Positions 9,228 to 17,446 of a stretch of DNA of 62,449 nucleotides are shown here, piece after piece. Source of the DNA: a virus (Duplodnaviria > Caudoviricetes); IMG/VR virus record IMGVR_UViG_3300034166_000053, positions 1 to 62,449 of that record. One strand, written 5' to 3'. The position numbers and the translations under genes were made by a program. The first letter of the stretch is position 1. Each line of letters begins with the position of its first letter. Under the pieces are notes generated by a model that worked only from the letters and a program-made list of their open reading frames with translations, searched no databases and was not told the DNA's origin.

Positions 9228-9722
9228 TCAGATCACCTCGAAACTGTTGGATTTGACTCGATTGGCCTTGAGTGGAGTAATTTGCAAATTCCACGGCACA
9301 TGCAGCCCGCAAACTTTGCGTCCTCTCAAAGGAACAATGTGGTCAACTTCAAACTTTACGCCCAACATTGTAGTGCGCAAACGTGCTATGTCATACGCCT
9401 GTTCAATCATCCAATGATCGTCATCTGTGAGCCACGCGGGGGTGGCCTGCGTCTTACATGCATACCGCCGTGCAGTCCGTGCGTTTACTTTGGCTGGATT
9501 GGCCTTGACCCATTTGGCGCACTTGGCGTTATGGCGCTGCCTGTTTTTATCAACCCATTCAGCAACCTTAGTCTTTATGCGCTTGGCATTTTTCTTGTAG
9601 TGCGCAGACATGTACGCTTTGACGCACACTTTACAGCGGTCACGAAAACCATCCGCCCGCGACCGATCCTTGTGGAACTCGGTCGTAGCTTTAAGCTCAT
9701 GACACTGCGTGCAATTTTTCAC
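9228..9722 (-). CDS. HNH endonuclease (homing-type)
   Basis: N-terminal CxxC...CxxC and C-terminal EVDHIVPL..VCGLHVPWNLQI...NRVKSN. Confidence 0.85.
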   Translation of the reverse strand: MKNCTQCHELKATTEFHKDRSRADGFRDRCKVCVKAYMSAHYKKNAKRIKTKVAEWVDKNRQRHNAKCAKWVKANPAKVNARTARRYACKTQATPAWLTDDDHWMIEQAYDIARLRTTMLGVKFEVDHIVPLRGRKVCGLHVPWNLQITPLKANRVKSNSFEVI

Positions 9723-10411
9723 GTTACGGCCTGTCTGTACTGCCCACTTCTGTAAGCGTCCTGGCGTTCCAATCCGTCGCCCAACCGTTTTGCCAAAGCG
9801 AGGGCTTCCTTGTACTTTGTATCGTACAGCGCCATCAAATCCGTTTCACCTTTCATAAAGGTATACGCCTCTACAAGTGAGCCATACAACAAAACGGAGT
9901 CAAAGTTATCCCCAAGCCACGTTTGCCCGTCTGGCGCAACTGTAATGGATTCTGGGAAGTAATAGTAGTGCAACTCGACATCATAGGCCGCGTCAGGCGT
10001 TGGCCCGAGGATGAAGCTCAACTCGTCAGAGATGACTGCGCCAGAAACTGTCGGCCCAAACAGCGCGTAGTACTTGGGGGTCCCTACATCGTTAGGCGAC
10101 GGATATGCCTGCCGGATGAAGTTCACATCCTTGTTGAGCAGGTACTCGTACGTTCCGGTGTTAAGGTTGCCACCTGTCACGTCCGTGATGATGGCCATCG
10201 AATAGACTGACAGGAAATCATTGGGGCACGACAAGTACTTGTTGCTAGCAGATACAGAGCCGGTGACGTTCTTGCGCAGCGACGGAAACTGGACCGTGTT
10301 GTAGATACGCTGCTCTGTCTGTTGAACGAAGACAGGGATATTCGCCACGAACTCCGTTTCGTAGTTCTGGGTGTAGTCCTGAATTGCAGCAGACAGGGCA
10401 GCGTAGTTCAT
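9719..10411 (-). CDS. Head-tail adaptor or tail tubular protein
   Basis: GTPKYYA...LGPTPDAAYDVELHYY...LLYGSLVEAYTFMKG pattern. Confidence 0.7.
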   Translation of the reverse strand: MNYAALSAAIQDYTQNYETEFVANIPVFVQQTEQRIYNTVQFPSLRKNVTGSVSASNKYLSCPNDFLSVYSMAIITDVTGGNLNTGTYEYLLNKDVNFIRQAYPSPNDVGTPKYYALFGPTVSGAVISDELSFILGPTPDAAYDVELHYYYFPESITVAPDGQTWLGDNFDSVLLYGSLVEAYTFMKGETDLMALYDTKYKEALALAKRLGDGLERQDAYRSGQYRQAVT

Positions 10412-10671
10412 GCCATCGGACCCCGAGACTTGATGCCCTTGGTAGCTGCGCCAGCGCCACGCATAACAATACCGTCAGTCTTGATCGGCTTGTAGTTGCC
10501 TTTGCTGATTGCGCCTACGCCCACGTTCATGTCGTTCATGAGTTTGGCACCGGACACAACCGGAATGGCGTTGGTCACGTCAACTGCCGAACCGGACATC
10601 GTATGCGGCTGAGCATAGACGCTGGCTTGGCCAACTTCCTTGCCCATTCTTTTGTCGCTAAATTTGGCCAT
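10408..10671 (-). CDS. Small basic late protein
   Basis: C-terminal RGAGAATKGIKSRG resembles the motif in 12717-12932 and 12945-13307. Confidence 0.6.
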   Translation of the reverse strand: MAKFSDKRMGKEVGQASVYAQPHTMSGSAVDVTNAIPVVSGAKLMNDMNVGVGAISKGNYKPIKTDGIVMRGAGAATKGIKSRGPMA

Positions 10672-10673
10672 GA

Positions 10674-10829
10674 TTAGCCCCCGCTTTGGTTCTTGGCACG
10701 AGCAAGATTGCGGCCGAACTTGCGCATCGCTTCGCCGGTCACGCCGCCTTTACGCATGGCCTTGGCCTTGTGCATGCGCTTTTCATGCGCCTTCACTTCT
10801 GCCTTAGCGACTTGTTTCATCTTGTCCAT
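10674..10829 (-). CDS. Small basic late protein (51 aa, absent from ORF track)
   Basis: AGGAG RBS; MDKMKQVAKAEVKAHEKRMHKAKAMRKGGVTGEAMRKFGRNLARAKNQSGG; fills the gap exactly. Confidence 0.7.
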   Translation of the reverse strand: MDKMKQVAKAEVKAHEKRMHKAKAMRKGGVTGEAMRKFGRNLARAKNQSGG

Positions 10830-10839
10830 AATTGACTCC

Positions 10840-11268
10840 TTACGTCGTTGCTACCGATATTGTGCCTAAATCGACGGTCAAAACCAAGTTGTTTGGCGTC
10901 AAAACGGCATCGAAAAACTTTGAACCCCCCACAGGTGCCCAACCCCACTGGATGATACGGCTACCGCCTTCTGAGTAACCGTAACCGTCTGGCGTGGTAT
11001 TGCCTGTGAGGTCGAGTTGCAACCCACTTGTCCCAGAGACCTGATAGCTGACATCTGGACGCGGCTCACGCACAGCCTGCGGGTCGTCAACCGGGTACAT
11101 GCCAAGCTGCAACTGCGGCTGATCCGGGTCCCAGCACGTTGGACAAACCTTGATGTTGTACAGCTTCGTCTTAAGGACTTGCTTCTTAAGCTCCTTGAGC
11201 ATGTATCGCCCCGCGCAGCGATCACACTCCGCGATTGCGTACTTACCAGAAGCAAACCGATTCGGCAC
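10840..11268 (-). CDS. Zn-binding morphogenesis-region protein
   Basis: CDRC...CPTC followed by DPQAVREPRPD. Confidence 0.6.
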   Translation of the reverse strand: MPNRFASGKYAIAECDRCAGRYMLKELKKQVLKTKLYNIKVCPTCWDPDQPQLQLGMYPVDDPQAVREPRPDVSYQVSGTSGLQLDLTGNTTPDGYGYSEGGSRIIQWGWAPVGGSKFFDAVLTPNNLVLTVDLGTISVATT

Positions 11269-11276
11269 AAGTCACC

Positions 11277-12200
11277 TCAGTAGAACATCTGCCTAGGCAC
11301 AAACCGCTCAGGAGCCTTCTCCCGGTCTTCCTGTGAAGCAAGCAACCACTGCTGTTCGTACTCTTGCTTGAGCATACCCACACGATCAGGCGGTATTTCT
11401 GGCCGCTTGGATGCGACATAGAACGCCAAACCTGCAACCAGACAGGGGATCAAGCGGAAGGGGATGTCCTGAATCGTTATGCCGCTGCCCGCATCCTGCA
11501 TACGGCGCAGCCGCCAATAGACAAAGATGTACTGGTCACCGGGAGCGTTGGGGGTAGGCCAGACATTGATAGACGGCAGGTTCGTTACGCTGATTGCTGC
11601 GCCACTGGAATGAGAAGCGGCGGTCGTGTAGTTCTGCCCACGGAAGCAATTCAGAAGCTGGTTGCCGTCTACGTTCTGATAGACGATGGTTTCGCTACCG
11701 ATGTTGATGAACCCCGCCGCAGGCAGGTTTGCGGCGTTGCTGACGTTTATGGCCGTGGCAGACGCATTGATGCCTCCAACCAGCGTGACATTCGTTGAGT
11801 ACGACGCGCCAGTCTGGCGGTTGATCCAGACCTGAATTGGACGCCCTTGAGCCAGTTTGTTGGGGATCGTCGAATACGTCGGCTCAGAGATGCGGCTGAT
11901 GTTGATGTCAGTCTGATTTAGTCCGTTAGCCTGAGTACGGATCACTTGGTCAAGCAGGTCAATCGTATCGGTCGGGATGGCATACGTGGCCTGCCCAGTG
12001 TTCATGACGATCTGGCCCTGCTCAACCGTCCACAGGTTGATGCCCCGATTGGCCCACTCGATTGTGAGCATGTTCAGGCTGCGACGTGCGGTACGAAACT
12101 CGTAGCCGGTACGAATCTCTAGCCCCGCCCGCTCGTAGGCTTCCTCCATGATCTCATTGAGATCAAGATTAAACGCTGAGGTACCCGATGTGGTGGCCAT
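11277..12200 (-). CDS. Head-tail connector (adaptor) protein with an inserted surface domain
   Basis: EEAYERAG...ARRSLN...EWANRGINLW and PCLVAGLAFY. Confidence 0.7.
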   Translation of the reverse strand: MATTSGTSAFNLDLNEIMEEAYERAGLEIRTGYEFRTARRSLNMLTIEWANRGINLWTVEQGQIVMNTGQATYAIPTDTIDLLDQVIRTQANGLNQTDINISRISEPTYSTIPNKLAQGRPIQVWINRQTGASYSTNVTLVGGINASATAINVSNAANLPAAGFINIGSETIVYQNVDGNQLLNCFRGQNYTTAASHSSGAAISVTNLPSINVWPTPNAPGDQYIFVYWRLRRMQDAGSGITIQDIPFRLIPCLVAGLAFYVASKRPEIPPDRVGMLKQEYEQQWLLASQEDREKAPERFVPRQMFY

Positions 12201-12433
12201 TACCTATACCTTGCCGTTTTAGCCGCCACCTTGGGTGGTTGCTTAACAAATTGTTTTCCGACCTTCTTGCCTGCCCGCTTGGCACGGGTCGTGGCGGCAT
12301 ACTCAGCAGGAGTCAATGCCTTGATGGCGTTCTCAGGCAGATATCGCTCCCCCGTCTTGGAAGACGGTTTGCCAGACTTGGTACGCCATTTCTGGGCACC
12401 CCAGTCCTTGAGCGATTGCTGCGGGTCTTTCAC
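12200..12433 (-). CDS. Basic protein, C-terminal half of a DUF5872-like family
   Basis: QQSLKDW..QKWRTKSG...ERYLP...GKQFV; GTG start overlaps the upstream TGA. Confidence 0.6.
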   Translation of the reverse strand: MKDPQQSLKDWGAQKWRTKSGKPSSKTGERYLPENAIKALTPAEYAATTRAKRAGKKVGKQFVKQPPKVAAKTARYR

Positions 12434-12714
12434 TTGTATCCACCCCCACGGGCCTTGTATTGCTTAGCCAGAAGCTGTGCCTTGCGCGCCGACCATTGAC
12501 CCGCACCCGTACCCTGCACTGCCCGAGACTTGATCGACTCGAACAGCGACTTGCGCATGCCCGGCTTGGTGTAGTTGCCAGCCTCGTTGACCTTGGACTT
12601 GACCTTGCCGCCCTCGGCATACTGAGTGAAGTCCGTGTCATCCCGACGTGGCTTAGTCACGCCCTTGGGCATTTTAGATGGGCGAATAGCGCCCATGCCA
12701 CGGCTGGCCATCAT
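12430..12714 (-). CDS. Basic protein, N-terminal half of a DUF5872-like family
   Basis: YAEGG, then NYTKP...GQWSARKAQLLAKQYKARGGGY. Confidence 0.6.
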   Translation of the reverse strand: MMASRGMGAIRPSKMPKGVTKPRRDDTDFTQYAEGGKVKSKVNEAGNYTKPGMRKSLFESIKSRAVQGTGAGQWSARKAQLLAKQYKARGGGYK

Positions 12715-12716
12715 GG

Positions 12717-12932
12717 TTACACCATCTTTCCTCGGGTCTTGCCGCGAACAGCGCAACCGTCAGCACGGGAAGACGCGGTCCCACCTTTGGCCATCTTCTT
12801 TGGTTTCTTGGGGGGAGGTGCAGAGCCACCATCAACGTCTTGCGGAGGAGGCAGACCCGAATCTTCGGTATAGATGCCGCCCCGGATACCCCTGGGCTTT
12901 TTCTTTTCTTTCTCAAAAATTTCGTCCATCAT
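12717..12932 (-). CDS. Small late protein with MAKGG motif
   Basis: MAKGGTASSRADGCAVRGKTRG. Confidence 0.6.
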   Translation of the reverse strand: MMDEIFEKEKKKPRGIRGGIYTEDSGLPPPQDVDGGSAPPPKKPKKMAKGGTASSRADGCAVRGKTRGKMV

Positions 12933-12944
12933 GATTGGCTCCTA

Positions 12945-13307
12945 TTAGCACTTGCCGCCACGTTTCATGGCGATATGTTTGCCTTTGGTCTTGCCTTTGG
13001 AGGCAATCCCGTCAGCGGACTTGTGACCAGCAGCCAGACCGCCGCCAGCCATCTTCTTCATGCCAGCTTCTTTCATTTCATGCTTGATCATGGACTTGGG
13101 AGCGCCAGCTTTTTTCATGAAGCCGACTTCCTTCTTCATCATCTCTTTGGACTCTTTCATATCGCCACCTTCTGAAAATTTGCGGCCCTTGTCCGCTTTT
13201 ACGAATTCTTTGCCCACCGAAGTAGGCACCCCTGCTTTCTTGGCAAACGCTGGATTGTTGGCCACCGCTGCCATGAAATTGTGTTGTTTCTTGCTAACCG
13301 AGGGCAC
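12945..13307 (-). CDS. Lys/Met-rich late protein with three xxxGG motifs
   Basis: FSEGG, MAGGG, MKRGG; SADGIASKGKTKG. Confidence 0.65.
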   Translation of the reverse strand: MPSVSKKQHNFMAAVANNPAFAKKAGVPTSVGKEFVKADKGRKFSEGGDMKESKEMMKKEVGFMKKAGAPKSMIKHEMKEAGMKKMAGGGLAAGHKSADGIASKGKTKGKHIAMKRGGKC

Positions 13308-13542
13308 TGCGCTGCTCCTTCATGAAGTCATCAATCTTCTTTTCAAGCCGGTCCAGCCGATCCAAGACGCGATTGATGTCCGTATGCACCTCTGCCTTGG
13401 TGACATACTCTTTCGCAATCTCTTCCCGAGTGCGGTTGAGAAGAATCTGGATGCGCTTCATCTCGTCCGTAGATAACTTGACCCAGAACAGGATCAGGGC
13501 CGAGATAAGGGACAGAGCAGCGTTCCACAGTGTCACGTCCAT
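13294..13542 (-). CDS. Single-TM coiled-coil protein
   Basis: Hydrophobic N-terminus then LLNRTREEIAKEYVTK...LDRLEKKID. Confidence 0.6.
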   Translation of the reverse strand: MDVTLWNAALSLISALILFWVKLSTDEMKRIQILLNRTREEIAKEYVTKAEVHTDINRVLDRLDRLEKKIDDFMKEQRSALG

Positions 13543-13543
13543 T

Positions 13544-13798
13544 TCAACAGTTCCACGCCCGCAGGCTCTTGTTGATGCGACTGTTCGGGTCTTTCTTGGC
13601 CTTCTCGCCGGTCAGCTTGGCTTTCATTCCAGACATCCTGGCACAAAAAGAGTCTCGGCGTGAGCCGCCCTCTGGCTGCGGGGGCTTGAGTCCGGGCTTG
13701 CCCGGATTGGCCTTGTTGTAAGAGGCTCGCCCCTTGGCGTTCAAACCGCCCTTCTCGGACTTGCCTTCCTTGCGTTGCCATGCTGGTGTCTTAGCCAT
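13544..13798 (-). CDS. Basic protein (DUF6321-like)
   Basis: AWQRKEGK..KGGLNAKGRASY...SFCARM...SLRAWNC. Confidence 0.6.
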   Translation of the reverse strand: MAKTPAWQRKEGKSEKGGLNAKGRASYNKANPGKPGLKPPQPEGGSRRDSFCARMSGMKAKLTGEKAKKDPNSRINKSLRAWNC

Positions 13799-14528
13799 TT
13801 ACGACTTTCAGTTTGGCCTTGTGGATGCTTTCGAGCAGCGGCTTGAGCGCCTCTTCGGCAAAGTCGCTGGTGAATTCCATTGAGCCGACATGCGGCAGAC
13901 TGATTTCGGCGTCAAGATAAATCTTGAACCCCATCTCGCGGGCGCGGTCACAGAACAGATAGTCCTCGCCCATGTAGTACTTGTCCTTCAACTCAAAGTC
14001 AAAAAGGGCATACGCTGGCCCTTTCTTGTCTTCGTACTCCCATTCGGGGTGTGCAGCGATCATCTTTTCAATGACATGCCGCTGAATCATCATGAACCCT
14101 GTACCCACACGCTCGACGCGAAGCAGGGAGCCGTCCATCTCAACCCCGCCATCTTCGGTCCAGTACACGTCAGTGAAAAATTTCTTCTCTTTCAGCCGAC
14201 GTGGATACGCCCCAGCAGTGATGTCTTTGCCACCACTTTGCGCCATCAACCGCAGAATGTCGTCAGGTTTGACGACCACGTCCGCATCAATGAAGAGAAG
14301 CTCGGTGGCATCGGTCTTGAGGAACTCCGCCACCAGAGCATTTCGCGCCATAGTGATGATCGAGCAATTGGATAGGTCAGAGAGATACACCCCGACCCCC
14401 AACTGCATCGCCATAGGCATGAGTTGAGCCAACGAAAACGCCGTTTTGATATTGAGCTTCCCGTCATACGCCGGGATACCCACGAACAGCTTGCGCCCAG
14501 TTAGATCAACTCGTTTTTGCTCAGCCAT
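13791..14528 (-). CDS. GT-A fold glycosyltransferase (family 2-like)
   Basis: FVGIPAY, ARNALV, LLFIDAD (DxD), VGTGFMMI, GEDYLFC; start set at MAEQKR, which overlaps the upstream stop. Confidence 0.8.
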   Translation of the reverse strand: MAEQKRVDLTGRKLFVGIPAYDGKLNIKTAFSLAQLMPMAMQLGVGVYLSDLSNCSIITMARNALVAEFLKTDATELLFIDADVVVKPDDILRLMAQSGGKDITAGAYPRRLKEKKFFTDVYWTEDGGVEMDGSLLRVERVGTGFMMIQRHVIEKMIAAHPEWEYEDKKGPAYALFDFELKDKYYMGEDYLFCDRAREMGFKIYLDAEISLPHVGSMEFTSDFAEEALKPLLESIHKAKLKVVNG

Positions 14529-14796
14529 ACACCACCGTTGCTGTTGCGCTCGTGAGAGCGACATAGATATCTGTGTTGCACCTGATCCCGTCACCGGGCA
14601 TGGGAATGTTGGTAGAGCCTGCCGCTGCCGGGGCCGTGAAGGACCAAACGGTTGTGCCGCTTGCCCCTCCGTCCTTGATGACAACGGTGCCGCCGGTGGC
14701 GTAGGAGATTGTGACCCCCTTGACCCGCGCAGGGCCAGCGAACACAGTGCCGCTGGTGGCCCGTTCTAGGCTCTTTACGTCAAATTGGATAGCCAT
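14521..14796 (-). CDS. Small virion protein
   Basis: Beta-rich, downstream of the capsid genes, GGAGG RBS. Confidence 0.55.
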   Translation of the reverse strand: MAIQFDVKSLERATSGTVFAGPARVKGVTISYATGGTVVIKDGGASGTTVWSFTAPAAAGSTNIPMPGDGIRCNTDIYVALTSATATVVYG

Positions 14797-14808
14797 GACG
14801 ACCTCCTA

Positions 14809-15288
14809 TCAGACGTTCTGCTGGCCAACGTATGGATCAGTGACGTAGTACGTGATGTAGCCAGAGCAATTACCTACCCCAGCAGATGCGCCAGTAGCCG
14901 CAGTCAGATAAACCATTTCGGTCGCAGACATGGGGATACCAAACGATGCTTGAGGGATAGAAGCGGTTGCCAGCGTAGTCACAGTACGGGTGGTGGGCTG
15001 CTCATTAGCCAACGCCGTCGGACTCGCGGTGCCCGTGGTATACAGAGTGAAGCCGAAATCCAGAGTGCCGCCAGTCCCGGAAGCAACAGTGGTGCCGATT
15101 TCGACAATCACAGCCCCAGCGGGAAGGATGACATTTTGGCCGTTGGCTTGGTTCTTGACGTTACCAGTCTGGGTAGCAACGTTACCAACATACCATTGAG
15201 CGGTCATCAAGCCGGTACCGCAATAAGCAGTACGAGTCTGATCGCCGCCGCCAGAACGCCAAATACTCTGGGTGGTGGAGACTGCCAT
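14809..15288 (-). CDS. Minor capsid or decoration protein
   Basis: AAGGA RBS before MAVSTTQ; VILPAGAVIV motif; follows the major capsid gene. Confidence 0.55.
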   Translation of the reverse strand: MAVSTTQSIWRSGGGDQTRTAYCGTGLMTAQWYVGNVATQTGNVKNQANGQNVILPAGAVIVEIGTTVASGTGGTLDFGFTLYTTGTASPTALANEQPTTRTVTTLATASIPQASFGIPMSATEMVYLTAATGASAGVGNCSGYITYYVTDPYVGQQNV

Positions 15289-15296
15289 TTCAATTG

Positions 15297-15370
15297 TCCT
15301 TCGTACAAAGATCAGCGTGTCAGTTGTGTACGCATTCGCCGGGTCGATCTGACACACCGGGAACCCCGGT
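15297..15370 (-). ncRNA. Structured RNA downstream of the capsid gene (candidate Mu-gpT-DE motif)
   Basis: Three interleaved helices: CCGGG/CCCGG, GTGTCAG/CTGACAC, CGTACA/TGTACG; location matches what I recall of the motif. Confidence 0.6.
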
Positions 15371-15387
15371 TTTAGTCAATATACACC

Positions 15388-15415
15388 AAAAGAAACGGGG
15401 GCACAAGGCCCCCGT
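15388..15415 (-). terminator. Intrinsic terminator after the major capsid gene
   Basis: ACGGGGGC-CTTGT-GCCCCCGT followed by TTCTTTT; a second hairpin lies at 15420-15440. Confidence 0.8.
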
Positions 15416-15448
15416 CAAATTAATGGCTGTGAGCCATTAACATCCCTG

Positions 15449-16357
15449 TTACGCGCCCTGAGAGCCGTACATGCCCAGCGGGTCAGACCAGCCGAACGAG
15501 TAACGCTCACGAGCCTTATAACGGACGTTGCCGGTATCAAAGTCGCCGTCCATCGACTGGCTCAGCGGCACGCGCACAAAGTGCTTCATACCGTTAGGCA
15601 CGTCAGTGGTCAGGAACCAAGCATTGGTGTCGGTCAAGAAGTGGTTAATGGTGTAACCCTCGGAGACCGAACCATTGCTCTTCAAGGCGTTGATATCGTT
15701 ATCGTTGGTGCCGACGCGCAGTTCAGTTTCCAACAGACGAGTTGCAACGAACTGCAAAGCAGGCGGAACAATCAGCTTCTTGGGCTTGGCTGCAATCAGC
15801 AAGTCACGCTCGTCAGTCCACAGGCTGATCTGAATAACGGCGGCTTCCAGAGAAGTCTCGTTCAAGTCAGCAGGGGTAGATGGAACGTTGCTGTTGGTGC
15901 CGCCAGAAACCAGCGGGTGGTTTGCGGAGAACAGAGGAACGCCGTCGCCACCGTTGTAGCCAACAGTAAAGCCGTTGTTCAGAACAGCGGCAGCCTTGAC
16001 TTGCTTGGTGTACGCCATCGAGCGTGCCAGAGCCTTGGTATAACGAGCGGCGAGGCTGTCATACAGGTTGTCTTCGATGGCCTCTTCGGTCAGCGAGAAA
16101 CCTTGAGCAATGGTCTCGTGGTTGTATCGGGCGGTCCAGGCTTCTTGACCGTTGTCATAGGCAATCGCACTGCCCTCGTTCTTCACCGGAGCGGCGGAGA
16201 AGCCAGACAGCTTGGTTTCCTCTTCAAACGAACGCTCAGAAGTCTCGGTCTCGTAGATTTCCTTGTGCTCTTCTTGATAAGTCGCATAAGAAAGACCGAA
16301 CAGAGCGTTCAAGCCAGGAAGCAGTTCCTTGAGCAGTTGTGCGCGTGAAATAGCCAT
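15449..16357 (-). CDS. Major capsid protein (Mu gpT-like, HK97 fold)
   Basis: MAISRAQLLKELLPGLNALFG, SERSFEEE, GGDGVPLFS..HP, PKKLIVP, RYKARERYSFGWSD. Confidence 0.9.
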   Translation of the reverse strand: MAISRAQLLKELLPGLNALFGLSYATYQEEHKEIYETETSERSFEEETKLSGFSAAPVKNEGSAIAYDNGQEAWTARYNHETIAQGFSLTEEAIEDNLYDSLAARYTKALARSMAYTKQVKAAAVLNNGFTVGYNGGDGVPLFSANHPLVSGGTNSNVPSTPADLNETSLEAAVIQISLWTDERDLLIAAKPKKLIVPPALQFVATRLLETELRVGTNDNDINALKSNGSVSEGYTINHFLTDTNAWFLTTDVPNGMKHFVRVPLSQSMDGDFDTGNVRYKARERYSFGWSDPLGMYGSQGA

Positions 16358-16367
16358 GATTTACTCC

Positions 16368-16976
16368 TTAAACACCAGTGGTGTTGTTGTACTGGTGAAG
16401 GTTGATCTTCACAATAAACTCGTAGTAGTACGTAACACCACCAGAGATATAGGAAGTACCGGGCACAACGTCGATCACACGGATCGGGAAGGCAGCGGTC
16501 GTAGACGAAGCACCGTCGATGCCATAGTAGGAATCGCCAGTAGCAGTCGAGCCGACTTGAGCCACGATAGCCACGTTAGAGCCAACCAGCGCACGGGTGT
16601 AGCCGGAAGGAGTCGTGGTGTTGCCGTTGGTTGCCACAACCTTGAAGGTTGCGTTCGGATCATCGACCACATAGGCATAAGCCGGGTTGGTAGAGGTCGA
16701 AGTGGCGGCGGGGTAGTACTGGCCCTGCACAGGCTGACCGCTAGAGTTGGTGTATGCACAGCCAACCAGCACGCCAACGCTGTCACCAGACGTAGTCGTA
16801 GTCTTCGCCACCAAGAATCCGGTGGTGTCGATTACAACGGTGTCGCCGTTGAGGATAGCGGTGGCATAACCAGCCGCAATCGGGATTTGACGGATCGCTC
16901 CGGCGTAGGGCAGACCATCCAGTCGCTGGATGGGTTGAAAGCCATACGTCTTGCTAACAGAAGGGTAAGCAGACAT
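16368..16976 (-). CDS. Capsid cement or decoration protein
   Basis: YGFQPI...VGVLVGC.YT...YVVDDP; immediately upstream of the capsid gene. Confidence 0.65.
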   Translation of the reverse strand: MSAYPSVSKTYGFQPIQRLDGLPYAGAIRQIPIAAGYATAILNGDTVVIDTTGFLVAKTTTTSGDSVGVLVGCAYTNSSGQPVQGQYYPAATSTSTNPAYAYVVDDPNATFKVVATNGNTTTPSGYTRALVGSNVAIVAQVGSTATGDSYYGIDGASSTTAAFPIRVIDVVPGTSYISGGVTYYYEFIVKINLHQYNNTTGV

Positions 16977-16994
16977 GGTCTATCTCCAAAAGAT

Positions 16995-17444
16995 TTAAGA
17001 ACCTTTGCCAAAGCTTGTCGTGGATTTGCGCTCGTTGAAAAGCGGCATCCTCGGGTCACTCTGACGCATAAGAGTGTTGTCTACAGCCTTTGTCTGGGCG
17101 TCCGATTTAGCCGCGAAAGAAGCATTACGCTGTTCGACGAACTCGGTCGGAGTTTTGCAGAGCAACAACCCGCCAATCTCAATATTTCCGGCGAACCGGC
17201 TGTTGGGATCGACTAGCAGTTTGAACTTGGGTTGCTCTTCAACGGCGACTGGCTCCCAACCTTCACGCAGTTTGCCTGAGAGGTTACGAGGGTCATTGAC
17301 ATTCAAAGTAGCAACACGAATCCAGCGGTACGCGAAACCGGGTTCCTTGTCGGGTTCAGGCAACAGTTCGGCTGGCATCCACTGCTTGGGGCGCTCCGTA
17401 GTTGTCCTTACTTCCATCTCGCGTTTGAGTCTGTTCTCGGCCAT
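16995..17444 (-). CDS. Conserved head-module protein
   Basis: YRWIR...LREGWEPV...IGGLLLCKTP. Confidence 0.65.
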   Translation of the reverse strand: MAENRLKREMEVRTTTERPKQWMPAELLPEPDKEPGFAYRWIRVATLNVNDPRNLSGKLREGWEPVAVEEQPKFKLLVDPNSRFAGNIEIGGLLLCKTPTEFVEQRNASFAAKSDAQTKAVDNTLMRQSDPRMPLFNERKSTTSFGKGS

Positions 17445-17446
17445 TT

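Noticed and set aside
15581-17216. Long antisense ORFs (also 46453-47415, 54255-55115, 56302-57150)
   Set aside because: Shadows of GC3-biased genes on the opposite strand, with no RBS or recognisable motifs
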